A stretch of DNA of 64,000 nt from Vulcanimicrobiota bacterium (GCA_963695225.1 OY968762.1:2272001-2336000); one strand, 5' to 3'. Shown: positions 1 to 10,322, counted from the first letter of the stretch. Numbers and translations: made by a program. Notes: generated from the sequence alone by a model not told the origin.

Positions 1-1059
1 TGGATCTTCCCGCCAAGGCCGCACGTGCGGATCATCGTCGACATGATGCGGTTTTGCCGCGACGAGATGCCGAAGTGGAACACGATCTCGATCTCCGGCT
101 ACCACATCCGGGAGGCGGGCTCGACGGCCGTTCAGGAGTTGGCCTTCACGCTCGGCGACGGTTTCGCATACGTTGAAGCGGCGATGAAAGCCGGCATGGA
201 CGTCGATTCGTTCGCGCCGCGGCTCTCGTTCTTCTTCAACTCGCACAGCGACTTCTTCGAGGAGATCTGCAAGTTCCGTGCGGCGCGCCGAATCTATGCG
301 CGCCGCATGCGCGAGAAGTACGGCGCGAAGGATCCGCGCTCGTGGCAGCTCCGCTTCCACACTCAGACCGCGGGTTGCAGCGCGACCGCGCAGCAGCCGA
401 TCAACAACGTCGTGCGCGTCGCATACGAAGCGATGGCCGCGGCGCTCGGCGGAACGCAATCGCTGCACACGAACTCGATGGACGAAGTTCTCGCGCTCCC
501 CAACGAGCGCTCGGTCGAAGTCGCGCTGCGCACGCAGCAGATCCTCGCCTACGAGACGAACGTGACGAACGTTATCGATCCCCTCGGCGGCTCGTATTTC
601 GTCGAGGCGCTGACCGACGAGATGGAGCGCCAAGCGGAGGAGTATTTCCGCCAGGTCGAGGAGTTCGGCGGCGTGATCGAGGCGATCGAAGCCGGCTTCT
701 TCCAGCGCGAGATCGCGGATGCGGCGTATCGCTACCAGCGCTCGCTCGAAACGAAGGACCGCATCATCATCGGCGTCAACGCGTTCGAGCGGGCGGGCTC
801 GGAATCCGACATCGACTTGCTCAAGATCGACCGCGCGGTCGAGCGCGAGCAGCGCGAGTCCGTCGGCGCCGTCCGGGCGAGCCGCGACGGCGCGAAGGTC
901 GAAGCCGCGCTCGCCGCGCTCAAGCGCGCCTGCGGCGACGAGGCGGAGAACGTCATGCCGCCGTTGATCGACGCGGTCAACGCGCTCGCGACCGAAGGCG
1001 AGATCGTCGAAGCGATGGCCGAGGTTTACGGCCGGTACACCGAACAGCCCCGATTCTAA
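1..1059 (+). CDS. methylmalonyl-CoA mutase family, large (substrate-binding) subunit; 5'-truncated by window edge
   Basis: Frame open from base 1; motifs ISISGYHIREAG, RFHTQTAG, GGTQSLHTNSMDE, DPLGGSY. Confidence 0.93.
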   Translation, partial: WIFPPRPHVRIIVDMMRFCRDEMPKWNTISISGYHIREAGSTAVQELAFTLGDGFAYVEAAMKAGMDVDSFAPRLSFFFNSHSDFFEEICKFRAARRIYARRMREKYGAKDPRSWQLRFHTQTAGCSATAQQPINNVVRVAYEAMAAALGGTQSLHTNSMDEVLALPNERSVEVALRTQQILAYETNVTNVIDPLGGSYFVEALTDEMERQAEEYFRQVEEFGGVIEAIEAGFFQREIADAAYRYQRSLETKDRIIIGVNAFERAGSESDIDLLKIDRAVEREQRESVGAVRASRDGAKVEAALAALKRACGDEAENVMPPLIDAVNALATEGEIVEAMAEVYGRYTEQPRF

Positions 1060-1127
1060 GGAGGAGCCGCTCGCCCGCCCCCTCGTTGGAGGTGGGCGCG
1101 CGGCCGGGGGCGGAAGACGAGGTTCTG

Positions 1128-1547
1128 ATGGAAACACAACGCCCGCTCCGCATCGTCGTTGCGAAGGCCGGCCTCGACGGCCACGACCGAGGTGCCAAAG
1201 TCATCGCCCGCGCGTTGCGCGACGCGGGGATGGAAGTGATATACACGGGGCTCTTTCAAACCCCCGAACAGATCGTGCAAACCGCGATTCAGGAGGATGC
1301 CGACGGGATCGGCCTCTCGATCCTCTCCGGCGCGCACATGACGCTCTTTCCGATGGTGCTCGAGCAGCTCCAGGCGCAGGGCGCCGGCGACATCGTCTTT
1401 TTCGGCGGCGGAACGATTCCGCCCGAAGACATGGCGGAACTCAAGCGGCTCGGCGTGCGGGAAGTGTTCACGCCGGGGGCTCCTCTTTCCGAGATCATCG
1501 CGTTCGTCGAGCGCGAATGCGGGAAGCGCCGGACGCTCGTCGGTTAG
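1128..1547 (+). CDS. cobalamin-binding small subunit of acyl-CoA mutase
   Basis: KAGLDGHDRGAK (DxHxxG B12 motif), GLSILSGAH; ATG 1128 inside the longer computed ORF. Confidence 0.93.
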   Translation: METQRPLRIVVAKAGLDGHDRGAKVIARALRDAGMEVIYTGLFQTPEQIVQTAIQEDADGIGLSILSGAHMTLFPMVLEQLQAQGAGDIVFFGGGTIPPEDMAELKRLGVREVFTPGAPLSEIIAFVERECGKRRTLVG

Positions 1548-1600
1548 CCCGGCGAACCCGGCGACGGGAGCCGGCTCTCGGTAGCTGGTAAGAGTCTCCC

Positions 1601-3076
1601 ATGATCGTTCGCACCCGCGTCGCCCCATCGCCGACGGGCGATCCGCATGTCGGCACGGCCTACGTGGCCTTGATGAATTACTGTTTCGCCCGGAAGGCGG
1701 GCGGCGAATTCATCCTGCGCATCGAGGATACCGATCAGCAGCGCAGCACGGCCGAATCCGAACGCGCGATCTTGGAATCCCTGCGCTGGCTCGGCGTCGC
1801 CTGGTCGGAGGGCCCGGACGTCGGCGGCCCGCACGGCCCGTACCGTCAGAGCGAGCGGACCGCGATCTACCGCGACCACGTGCAGATCCTGCTCGAGCGC
1901 GGGCATGCCTTCCGATGCTACTGCTCGCCCGAGCGGCTCGAGGCGATGCGCGAAGAGCAGCGGCGTGCAGGGAGGCCGCCGGCTTACGACGGCCGGTGCC
2001 TGCGCTTGACGGCGGAGGAGAGCGCGGCCTACGAAACCGCGCATGCGCCGTCCGTCGTGCGCATGAGGGTTCCGGCGACCGGCACCTGCGTCGTCAACGA
2101 TCTGCTGCGCGGCCCGATCGAGATCGAATGGCACACGGTCGACATGCAAGTGCTCATGAAATCCGACGGCATGCCGACCTACCACCTCGCGAACGTGGTC
2201 GACGACCACCTCATGCGGATCACCCACGTCTTTCGCGGCGAAGAATGGGTGCCGTCGGCGCCCAAGCACGTTTTGCTCTATCAGTATTTCGGCTGGCAGA
2301 TGCCGCAGATCGGGCATTTGCCGCTCCTGCGCAATGCCGACAAGAGCAAGCTCAGCAAACGGAAGAACCCGACGAGCATCCTCTTCTACCGGCGGATGGG
2401 CTACCTGCCCGAGGCGCTGACGAACTTCCTGGGCCTCTTCGCCGTCTCGACTTCCGAGGGCGAGGAGATGATGGACGTCGAGACGTTGATCCGCCGCTTC
2501 GACGTCAAGAACATCGCCCTCGGCGGCCCCGTCTTCGACGTCGCGAAACTCGACTGGTTCAACGCGCGCTACATCCGCGAGACGCTCGACGTGCACGGGT
2601 TCATGCACGCCGTACAGAAATGGACGTACGATCAGGCGGCGCTTGCGAAGATCGCGACTCTCGCGCAAACGCGCATCGAGCGCCTCAGCGATCTCGGTCC
2701 GCTGCTCTCGTTCCTGTTCGCGGGCGGCCTCGACGTGACGGCCCAGGATCTGCGCGGCGGCCGGATCGACGAGGAGACGGTGCGCCGGCTCTTCGTCATC
2801 GCGCTCGTCGAACTCGACGGGCTCGCGGAATGGGAGCTCCACGGGATCGAGCGCGTGATGCGGGAGATCGGCGAGCGGACGAGTCTCAAGTTCCGCGATC
2901 TGGTACGGCCGTTCTACGTGGCGATCACGGGGAGCCCGACCTCGGTGCCGTTGTTCAACTCGATGGAACTGCTCGGGCGGGATCTCTGCCGCGAACGCTT
3001 GCGGCGCGCGCTCGCGGCCCTCGGCGGCGCGACGAAGAACGAAGTGCAGGCGTGGCTGCGCGAAGCCGAGAGATAG
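1601..3076 (+). CDS. gltX: glutamate--tRNA ligase
   Basis: RVAPSPTGDPHVG (HIGH-type), LRIEDTD, KLSKR motifs. Confidence 0.95.
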   Translation: MIVRTRVAPSPTGDPHVGTAYVALMNYCFARKAGGEFILRIEDTDQQRSTAESERAILESLRWLGVAWSEGPDVGGPHGPYRQSERTAIYRDHVQILLERGHAFRCYCSPERLEAMREEQRRAGRPPAYDGRCLRLTAEESAAYETAHAPSVVRMRVPATGTCVVNDLLRGPIEIEWHTVDMQVLMKSDGMPTYHLANVVDDHLMRITHVFRGEEWVPSAPKHVLLYQYFGWQMPQIGHLPLLRNADKSKLSKRKNPTSILFYRRMGYLPEALTNFLGLFAVSTSEGEEMMDVETLIRRFDVKNIALGGPVFDVAKLDWFNARYIRETLDVHGFMHAVQKWTYDQAALAKIATLAQTRIERLSDLGPLLSFLFAGGLDVTAQDLRGGRIDEETVRRLFVIALVELDGLAEWELHGIERVMREIGERTSLKFRDLVRPFYVAITGSPTSVPLFNSMELLGRDLCRERLRRALAALGGATKNEVQAWLREAER

Positions 3077-3104
3077 ATTCTGTGACGGGGAAGGAGTCGG
3101 CGTC

Positions 3105-4454
3105 ATGAGCATTCGCGCGATCGTGTTGGCGGCAGGGAAGGGGACGCGCATGAAGAGCGCGCGCCCCAAGGTGCTGCACGAGCTCTGCGGGCGCCCGATG
3201 CTGTGGTACGTGTTGCGCGCGCTGCGGGATGCGAACGTCGCCGAGACGATCGTCGTCGTGAACGGCGACCTGCAACCCCACGTGCAGCAGATCGCCCAGG
3301 CGGCCGGGACCGTCGAAGTCCGCACGGTCCTGCAAGAGCCGCAACTCGGAACGGGGCATGCCGTCCAGATCGCGCTCGCGGCGCTCGAACCGCGTGAGGG
3401 GACCGTGCTCGTCCTCAACGCGGACCTTCCGCTCGTCGACGCGGAGCTGATCTCCCGTGCGATCCTCGGCCGGGAGACGGCGCTCGCGCTCGTGACCGCG
3501 CGCATGCCGCTCCCCTCCAACTTCGGGCGCATCGTGCGCGACGGTCCTCGCGTCCGCAAGATCGTCGAGGAACGCGACGCGACCGAAGACGAACGCGCGC
3601 TCGACGAGATGAACGCCGGCCTTTACGCCTACGACGAGACGAAGCTGCGCGAGTCGATCGCTCGGTTGCGCAACGACAATGCCCAGAGCGAGTACTATCT
3701 GACGGACACGATCGCGCTGCTCGTCGCCGCCGGCGAAGCCGTCGTCCCGGTCGTCGCGGAGGATTACCGGAGCGTGCTCGGCGTCAACGACCGCGTCGAG
3801 CTGGCGCGAGCCGCGGCGCGCCTGAACGCGATGCTCTGCGAGCGCCACATGCGCGCCGGCGTCACGATCCTCGATCCGTCGACGACGTATCTGGAACCGG
3901 ACCTCGAGATCGCCCCCGACGCGGTGATTCGCCCGAACACCTCGATCCAGGCGCGAAGCGCGATCGGGGCGGAGAGCGAGATCGGGCCGAACGCGCGGCT
4001 CGTCGGCGCGGTAATCGGGCGGCATGCGATCGTCACCGAGAGCGTCGTCGTCGAGAGCACGATCGGAGACTTCGCGACGGTTGGCCCGTTCGCTCACGTC
4101 CGGGCCGGCGCGCGCATCGGAACGGGCGTCAAAGTCGGGAACTTCGTCGAGATCAAGAGCTCGCAGCTCGCGCCGGGCGTCAAAGCCGGGCATCTGAGCT
4201 ATCTCGGGGACGCTACGATCGGAGAGCGCGCGAATATCGGCGCCGGGACGATCACCTGCAACTACGACGGGAGCGTCAAGCACCGGACGTACGTCGGCGC
4301 CGACGCATTCATCGGCTCGAACTCCTCGCTCGTCGCGCCGCTCTCGATCGGAGAGCGCGCCCTAACCGGTGCGGGGTCCGTCGTCATTCACGACGTGGCG
4401 CCGCTCGAGCGAGTCGTCGGGAACCCGGCCCGGCCGATCAAGAGGGAAGGCTGA
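3105..4454 (+). CDS. glmU: bifunctional UDP-GlcNAc pyrophosphorylase / glucosamine-1-P acetyltransferase
   Basis: LAAGKGTRMKS, QLGTGHAV, GNFVEIK, GAGTITCNYDG, hexapeptide repeats. Confidence 0.96.
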   Translation: MSIRAIVLAAGKGTRMKSARPKVLHELCGRPMLWYVLRALRDANVAETIVVVNGDLQPHVQQIAQAAGTVEVRTVLQEPQLGTGHAVQIALAALEPREGTVLVLNADLPLVDAELISRAILGRETALALVTARMPLPSNFGRIVRDGPRVRKIVEERDATEDERALDEMNAGLYAYDETKLRESIARLRNDNAQSEYYLTDTIALLVAAGEAVVPVVAEDYRSVLGVNDRVELARAAARLNAMLCERHMRAGVTILDPSTTYLEPDLEIAPDAVIRPNTSIQARSAIGAESEIGPNARLVGAVIGRHAIVTESVVVESTIGDFATVGPFAHVRAGARIGTGVKVGNFVEIKSSQLAPGVKAGHLSYLGDATIGERANIGAGTITCNYDGSVKHRTYVGADAFIGSNSSLVAPLSIGERALTGAGSVVIHDVAPLERVVGNPARPIKREG

Positions 4455-5430
4455 GCGCCCGTGCCGTGACCGACCGTTCGAGGAGTTTCGTCAGCGCATA
4501 GATGCGGCTCGTCAACGGCGTCGGGACGTCGAGCAGCGCTCCCAGCTCGACAATCGCGCCGGTCAGCGCGTCGAGTTCGAGCGGTTTGCGGGCTTCGAGA
4601 TCCTGGAGCATCGACGTCTTGTGGTCGCCGACGCGGCGTGCGGCCTCGATGCGGCGATCGATCGTGATCTCGAACGTGATGCCCAGGCGCTCCGCGATCG
4701 GGACGCATTCGCCCATCATCTCGCGTACGATGGCGTTGAGGCCGGGGTCTTCGCACATCGCTGCCAGCGTCGCGCGCGTCAGCGCGCTGAGCGGATTGAA
4801 CGAGGCGTTCCCGAGCAGCTTCACCCAGAGGTGATACCGGATGTTCGGCTCGACCGGCGCCTTCAGGCCCGCCGCCCCCAAGTCGGCGGCGATCGCCGCC
4901 GCCCGTGCGCTGCACGTGCGATCCGGCTCGCCAAGCGCGTAGCGCAACCCTTCGAGGTGCCGCAGGACGCCGGGCGCCTCGACGGCGATCGAGGAGTGGA
5001 TGACGCAGCCGAGGACGCGCCGCGCGCCGATCGTCCGTGCGATCCTCCCGCCGGGGTCGACGCTCTCGAGCGTCGTTCCTTCGTACGGGCCGCCGTGGAG
5101 TTGGAAATACCACCACGGAATCCCGTTCTGCATCGAGACGACGATGGTTTCGGGGCCGAAAAGCGATGGCAAGTCGGCGAGCACGGCGCCGATCTGGTGC
5201 GCTTTGAGCGTCAACAGCACGACGTCGACCGGACCGACCGCGGCGATCTGTTCGCAGACGGCCGGATGCGCGACGAATTCGCCGCTCGCGGTCTTCACCA
5301 CGACGCCGCGTTCGCGCATCGCCGCGGCGTGCGCTCCGCGCGTCACGAGCGTGACGCGGCGCCCGGAGCGCGCGAGGCACGCTCCGACGTATCCGCCGAT
5401 CGCGCCGGCGCCGATCACCGCATAGTGCAT
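4438..5430 (-). CDS. ketopantoate reductase family (PanE/ApbA-like; possibly oxalyl-CoA reductase)
   Basis: GAGAIGG Rossmann motif, QNGIPWWYF, WVKLLGN, KTSMLQDLE, ELDALTG. Confidence 0.85.
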   Translation of the reverse strand: MHYAVIGAGAIGGYVGACLARSGRRVTLVTRGAHAAAMRERGVVVKTASGEFVAHPAVCEQIAAVGPVDVVLLTLKAHQIGAVLADLPSLFGPETIVVSMQNGIPWWYFQLHGGPYEGTTLESVDPGGRIARTIGARRVLGCVIHSSIAVEAPGVLRHLEGLRYALGEPDRTCSARAAAIAADLGAAGLKAPVEPNIRYHLWVKLLGNASFNPLSALTRATLAAMCEDPGLNAIVREMMGECVPIAERLGITFEITIDRRIEAARRVGDHKTSMLQDLEARKPLELDALTGAIVELGALLDVPTPLTSRIYALTKLLERSVTARALSLPS

Positions 5431-5544
5431 GAGGTTCCCTGCCGCAAGGCGTTGTGCTGTTCTCTGCGCTCCATCCCTTGCGGTTCCTCTCGAGCGCGCG
5501 CGGCGCGCGCCGGAGGATTGCGAGCCTTAGCGAAAGGAGCGCTC

Positions 5545-7065
5545 GTGCACCTCCGCGATCTCCTCGAACGCGGCGCCGGCCGGGATTGGGCGCTCGAAAT
5601 CCCCGGCGGGGTCCGGCTCGAATACGAACGCCTCCGCGCGAACGTCGATGCGCTCGCGCGGGAGCTTGCCCGGCGCGGGATCGGGCCCGGCGATCGGGTC
5701 GCAGCCTCGCTCCCGAACGGGCTGCCGGTCGTGGCCGCGTTCTTCGCGACGGCGTGTGCCCGCGCCGCGTTCGCGCCGCTGAATCCGGCGTACACGCTCG
5801 ACGAGTACGGTTTCTATCTCGAGGACATCGCCCCGCGCGCGATCTTCGTCCCGCCGGGCGACCAGCCGCGCGCGCGAGAGGCGGCGGCGCGCCTCGGCAT
5901 CGTGCCGATCGCGATCGCATTCGACGCCCTGGGGCGCCTGGAGATCGACGGCGAGCCGCTCGCGCCCGCCGCGCCCGAGGCCGTCCCCGGGGATGACGAC
6001 GTTGCGCTCTTCCTGCACACGAGCGGTACGACGAGCCGCCCCAAAGGCGTCCCGCTGACGCATCGCAACCTGTGCGCTTCGGCGCGGAATATCGCGAGTT
6101 GGTACGAGCTCGGCCCGGCCGACGTCTCCTACTGCGTGATGCCGCTGTTCCACGTGCACGGGCTCGTCTTCTCGACGCTTGCGACGCTCATGGGTGGCGG
6201 GAGCGAAATCGTTGCGGAGAGGTTCAGCGCGAGCGCGTTCTGGCCCACCGTCGTCGCGCGCCGCGTCAGCGTGGTGAGCGCGGTGCCGACGATCTATCGA
6301 ACGCTGTTGTTGCGCGCGGACGAAGACGGCGCTCCGCGCGCGGGCGGGCACGCGCTGCGTTTCATGCGTTCGAGCAGCGCCGCGTTGCCGGCCGCGGAGA
6401 TGCTGCGGCTCGAAGAGCGGTTCGGAATCCCCGCGATCGAGGCGTACTCGATGACGGAAGCCGCGCATCAGATGTGCGCCAATCCGCTGCGCGGAGAACG
6501 CCGTCCGGGTTCCGTCGGAACCGGCGCGCACGTCGATGTCGCGATCATGGATGCCGCGGGCGCGCTGCTCCCCTGCGGCGAGACGGGCGAAGTCGTCGTG
6601 CGCGGGGAGAACGTGACGCGCGGTTACCACAACAATGCGGCTGCGAATGCGGAGGCGTTCGCGAACGGCTGGTTCCGAACCGGCGATTCAGGGAGAATCG
6701 ACGCAATGGGCTACCTCACGCTCGTCGGGCGGATCAAAGAACTCATCAATCGCGGCGGGGAGAAGATTTCGCCGCTCGAGATCGACGACGCGCTCTTGGG
6801 GCATCCCGGAGTGATCGAGGCGGTGGCCTTCGGCGTTCCCGACGAGAAATACGGCGAAGCAGTCGCGGCCGCGGCCGTCGTGCGTCCGGGGACGAGCGCG
6901 GAGGATCTGCGCGCGCACGTCGCGTCGCGCGTCGCGAGTTTCAAGGTCCCGAGCGTCGTGCACATCGTCGATGCGATACCGCGCACGCCGACCGGGAAGA
7001 TCCAGCGGAGAATCGTCGCCGCGGCATTCGCGGCGCCCACGGGGGGCTCGAAGCCGGCCGGCTGA
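5545..7065 (+). CDS. acyl-CoA synthetase, oxalate--CoA ligase-like
   Basis: GTG after AAAGGAG RBS; LHTSGTTSRPKGVPL, PLFHVHGL, EAYSMTE, RIKELINRGGEKISP, TGKIQRR. Confidence 0.85.
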   Translation: MHLRDLLERGAGRDWALEIPGGVRLEYERLRANVDALARELARRGIGPGDRVAASLPNGLPVVAAFFATACARAAFAPLNPAYTLDEYGFYLEDIAPRAIFVPPGDQPRAREAAARLGIVPIAIAFDALGRLEIDGEPLAPAAPEAVPGDDDVALFLHTSGTTSRPKGVPLTHRNLCASARNIASWYELGPADVSYCVMPLFHVHGLVFSTLATLMGGGSEIVAERFSASAFWPTVVARRVSVVSAVPTIYRTLLLRADEDGAPRAGGHALRFMRSSSAALPAAEMLRLEERFGIPAIEAYSMTEAAHQMCANPLRGERRPGSVGTGAHVDVAIMDAAGALLPCGETGEVVVRGENVTRGYHNNAAANAEAFANGWFRTGDSGRIDAMGYLTLVGRIKELINRGGEKISPLEIDDALLGHPGVIEAVAFGVPDEKYGEAVAAAAVVRPGTSAEDLRAHVASRVASFKVPSVVHIVDAIPRTPTGKIQRRIVAAAFAAPTGGSKPAG

Positions 7066-7114
7066 TCTTCCGGCCCCGGCATGGGCGCGTCGCATTCGAA
7101 TCGAAGGCCGGAAC

Positions 7115-7975
7115 ATGGCGTATTCGGCGCGCATCCTGCTCGACAGTCTTTCCCCGGCGGGCGTCCGCCTCACGACGATGGAGGCGCGCTATCCGCGATT
7201 CGTTCATTCGGAGCTGATGACGCATCGCGTCTTTTCGAGGAATGCCGCCAGCTCGCGCGCGATCCCGATCAAGCGCATGATCGCGGCGGTCCGTGAAGAT
7301 CCGGCGATGCCGATCTATTGGGGGAAAAATCAAGCCGGCATGAGCGCTCGCGCGGAAATCTCCGGCGCGGCGCGCGCGCGCGCCGAGAGCGAGTGGCAAC
7401 GAGCGCTCGAGAACGCGCTGGAGAGCGCCGAACGGCTCTCGGATTCCGATATCGATCTGCACAAACAGCTCGTCAACCGCATATTGGAGCCGTTCGCATG
7501 GATCACGGTGATCATCACGGCGACGGAATGGGCGAACTTCTTCACGCAACGCTGTCACCCCGACGCGCAGCCGGAGATCAAGCACATCGCCGACATGATG
7601 CTCGCGGCCTACCGCGCGAGCGTCCCGCAGGTCGTCCCGATCGGCGCTTGGCACTTGCCGCTGATCTTCGACGACGAACGTTCGCTCGACGATGCGCTGC
7701 TCTGCAAACTCTCGGTCGCACGCTGCGCCCGCGTCTCGTATCTGACGCACGAGGGCACGCGCGATCTCGAGAAGGACCTCGAACTTTACGAACGGCTCAT
7801 GAGCGGCGGCGCGAACGGGCATTGGAGCCCGACGGAGCACGTCGCGACGCCGCTGGCGGATCCCGCGGCGACGTCCGGAAACCTGCGCGGGTGGGAGCAG
7901 TACCGCAAGCGCTTCCCCGAGGAACACGCGAGGACGTTCCCCGACCGTCAGGCGGAGTTCGCGGAGTCGCCGTGA
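7115..7975 (+). CDS. thyX: FAD-dependent thymidylate synthase
   Basis: ELMTHRVFSRNAASSRAIP motif, SVARCARVSY, HWSPTEH. Confidence 0.85.
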   Translation: MAYSARILLDSLSPAGVRLTTMEARYPRFVHSELMTHRVFSRNAASSRAIPIKRMIAAVREDPAMPIYWGKNQAGMSARAEISGAARARAESEWQRALENALESAERLSDSDIDLHKQLVNRILEPFAWITVIITATEWANFFTQRCHPDAQPEIKHIADMMLAAYRASVPQVVPIGAWHLPLIFDDERSLDDALLCKLSVARCARVSYLTHEGTRDLEKDLELYERLMSGGANGHWSPTEHVATPLADPAATSGNLRGWEQYRKRFPEEHARTFPDRQAEFAESP

Positions 7976-7996
7976 CGCCGCAGAAGCCCGGCTGAC

Positions 7997-9277
7997 GTGG
8001 CGGGAGGCACGGCTCGCGCGGCGGTGCGGCTGCTGCTCGTCGCGTTCCTTATCTTCATCGCGCTCGCCGGAATGCCGCGCATCGCCGCAGCGAGCCCCGC
8101 GCCGTCGTATGCCGATCGTCGCGTCACGGCGATTCCGGCGCACGATCTCTTGACCCGCGCGCCGGCCGACCTCGTCGATCCGCGCCGCCAGGAGTCTGCC
8201 CACCGCCTGCGCCTGCGGACGAGGCCGCTGTATGCGTTCTGGGCGCTCTCTCAGATCGTCGCGCTCGTCCTCCTGTGGCGCCGCGGGACCGCCGCGCGCT
8301 TGCGGGATCGCTTGGCGGGGCTCGGCTCGGTGCACGCGATCCGCTTCGCTTTCGGCTTCGTGCTCACGTGCATCGTCGCGCTCGTCGCCTTGCCGACTGC
8401 GTTCGTGATCTTCCGGCTCGGCATCGAGTTCGGGATCTTGAACGGCCGCATCTCCGAGTGGCTGGGCGACGCGGTCGTGAGCGCGCTGCTCGAAGGCGTC
8501 GCCGCCGGAGCGTTCGTGGTCGCCGTCTTCTGGCTGGTGGACCGTTCGCGCCAATGGTGGATCTATATGACCGTCGCCACCGTCTTGGCGTCGCTCTCGT
8601 TCACCGCGCTCGAGCCGGTCGCCGTCGCGCCGCTGTTCAACCGGATCGCGCCGCTCGCAGCGAGCGATCCGGCTGCGTCCGGCCTGGCTGCTCTGGCGAA
8701 TGCGGCGGGCCTCTCCCAGCCGCACATCGTCGTCGCCGATCTCTCGCGCCGGAACCGGGTTGCGCAGGCCTACGCGGCGGGATTCGGGCCAACGAGCCGC
8801 ATCGTCATCGGCGACACGCAGCTCGCGTTCGCGACGCGCGAGGAAACCGACTTTGTCGCCGCGCGGGAGTTCGTCCACGCCGCGCGCGGCGACGTTTGGC
8901 GGACCTCGCTGTTCCGCACCGTCTTCTTGGTCCTGTGCGCGGCGCTCGCAGTCTTCATCTCCGATCGCGTCGGATTCCGGCGAGACGACGATCCGCTCGT
9001 GCACCTCGTGCTCTCCTTCGGACTGATGGGCGCGATCGTGCTGCTGGCCTCCCCCGTCATGCACTCGTACTCGCGGGGCATCGAGGCGCGCGCCGATCAA
9101 GAGGCGCTCGCGCTCACGGGCGATCCCGCTGCAGCGGTCCGCTCGCTCGTCAGGTTTGCCGACGAAGAGCTGGCGCCGGTTTGCCCGTCGCGGATCGTGC
9201 GCGTGTACTACTACGATCGCGAGCCGGTCGGCTCGCGCATCGCCGCGCTGACGGGCCGCCCCGACCCGTGTCCCTGA
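7997..9277 (+). CDS. M48/Ste24-like membrane peptidase homologue with degenerate zinc motif
   Basis: Multiple TM segments, AYAAGFGPTSRIVIGDT, SRGIEARAD; HExxH appears as REFVH. Confidence 0.75.
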   Translation: MAGGTARAAVRLLLVAFLIFIALAGMPRIAAASPAPSYADRRVTAIPAHDLLTRAPADLVDPRRQESAHRLRLRTRPLYAFWALSQIVALVLLWRRGTAARLRDRLAGLGSVHAIRFAFGFVLTCIVALVALPTAFVIFRLGIEFGILNGRISEWLGDAVVSALLEGVAAGAFVVAVFWLVDRSRQWWIYMTVATVLASLSFTALEPVAVAPLFNRIAPLAASDPAASGLAALANAAGLSQPHIVVADLSRRNRVAQAYAAGFGPTSRIVIGDTQLAFATREETDFVAAREFVHAARGDVWRTSLFRTVFLVLCAALAVFISDRVGFRRDDDPLVHLVLSFGLMGAIVLLASPVMHSYSRGIEARADQEALALTGDPAAAVRSLVRFADEELAPVCPSRIVRVYYYDREPVGSRIAALTGRPDPCP

Positions 9278-9286
9278 GAGCGGGAG

Positions 9287-9754
9287 CTAGTCGCTGAACT
9301 CCTGGACGAACACGGCGCCGTAGATGCTCGCGCCGACCACGCCGATGCCGACTTTGCGGTAGCGGGGATCGAGTTCGGCGGCACGGTGCGCCGGACTGTG
9401 GAGCAAGCCGTCCTGCGCGCGCGCCTCGTCTTGGTTGAAGGCGAGATTCTCCCCGGCGCAGGTGTAGTCCAACCGGGCTCGCTGCAAGCGATCGGCGAGC
9501 GACGTCCCCTCGGGCGAGTAGTGGCCGAAATAGCGCCGCGCGAGCATGTCGCGGGCGAAGGCCCGCGCCACCTCCGTCAAGCGAGGATCGAGCGCGAGCG
9601 GGGCGACACCCGCCGCCTGCCGGACGGCATTGACGTCGGCGAGCATCGCGATCTCGTCTTGCGGCCGCCCGTAGAGCGCCGTGACCGGAATCGCCAGTGG
9701 GACCGGCGGGCTTGATGCGACGGCAAGGCCCGCGAGCAGTAAACCCGCGATCAT
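9287..9754 (-). CDS. CAP/SCP domain secreted protein
   Basis: Signal peptide; VNAVR, YFGHYSPEG, GENLA, SPAHRA, VQEF. Confidence 0.85.
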   Translation of the reverse strand: MIAGLLLAGLAVASSPPVPLAIPVTALYGRPQDEIAMLADVNAVRQAAGVAPLALDPRLTEVARAFARDMLARRYFGHYSPEGTSLADRLQRARLDYTCAGENLAFNQDEARAQDGLLHSPAHRAAELDPRYRKVGIGVVGASIYGAVFVQEFSD

Positions 9755-10320
9755 GCGGGGGCTTGCGGCACCTGCCAAGCGTTAACCTGCTGCATCGCGG
9801 CGGCAATGCCGTCCGTCAGCCAGCATTCCGCACCGTCGGTCGCGGTCGAGAGGACCTCGGGGAGCAGCGCCCATTCGGCTTCTTCGAAGGGCGAGAGGAC
9901 GTGATCGACCGTCTCGAGCCGGCTGCGCCCGATCCCGACGCGCAGGCGGGGAAACCCCTCGCCGAAATACGAGATGATGCTGCGCAAACCGTTGTGCCCG
10001 CCGGATCCGCCCGACGCGCGCATCCGCAGGCGCCCGAACGGGAGGTCCAAGTCGTCGCTGACGACGAGGATCCGTTCCGCCGGAACCTTATACCACGCGG
10101 CGACGCGCTGCAGCGGCGTGCCGCTGTCGTTCATGAACGAGAGCGGCTTCAGCAAGACGAGGTCGCGCGAGGAGAGGTAGGCTTCGGCGGCCTGCCCCTT
10201 CTCGCGCCATGTCGCGCCCGCTCGCCGCGCGAGCTCGTCGGCGACCATGAAGCCGACGTTGTGCCGCGTGCGAGCGTACCGGGGCCCGGGATTCCCGAGG
10301 CCCACGATCAGGCGGGTCAG
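9751..10320 (-). CDS. pth: peptidyl-tRNA hydrolase
   Basis: LIVGLGNPG, TRHNVGF, KPLSFMN, GGHNGLRSI; start uncertain (CTG 10320 or GTG 10305). Confidence 0.93.
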   Translation of the reverse strand: MTRLIVGLGNPGPRYARTRHNVGFMVADELARRAGATWREKGQAAEAYLSSRDLVLLKPLSFMNDSGTPLQRVAAWYKVPAERILVVSDDLDLPFGRLRMRASGGSGGHNGLRSIISYFGEGFPRLRVGIGRSRLETVDHVLSPFEEAEWALLPEVLSTATDGAECWLTDGIAAAMQQVNAWQVPQAPA

Positions 10321-10322
10321 TC

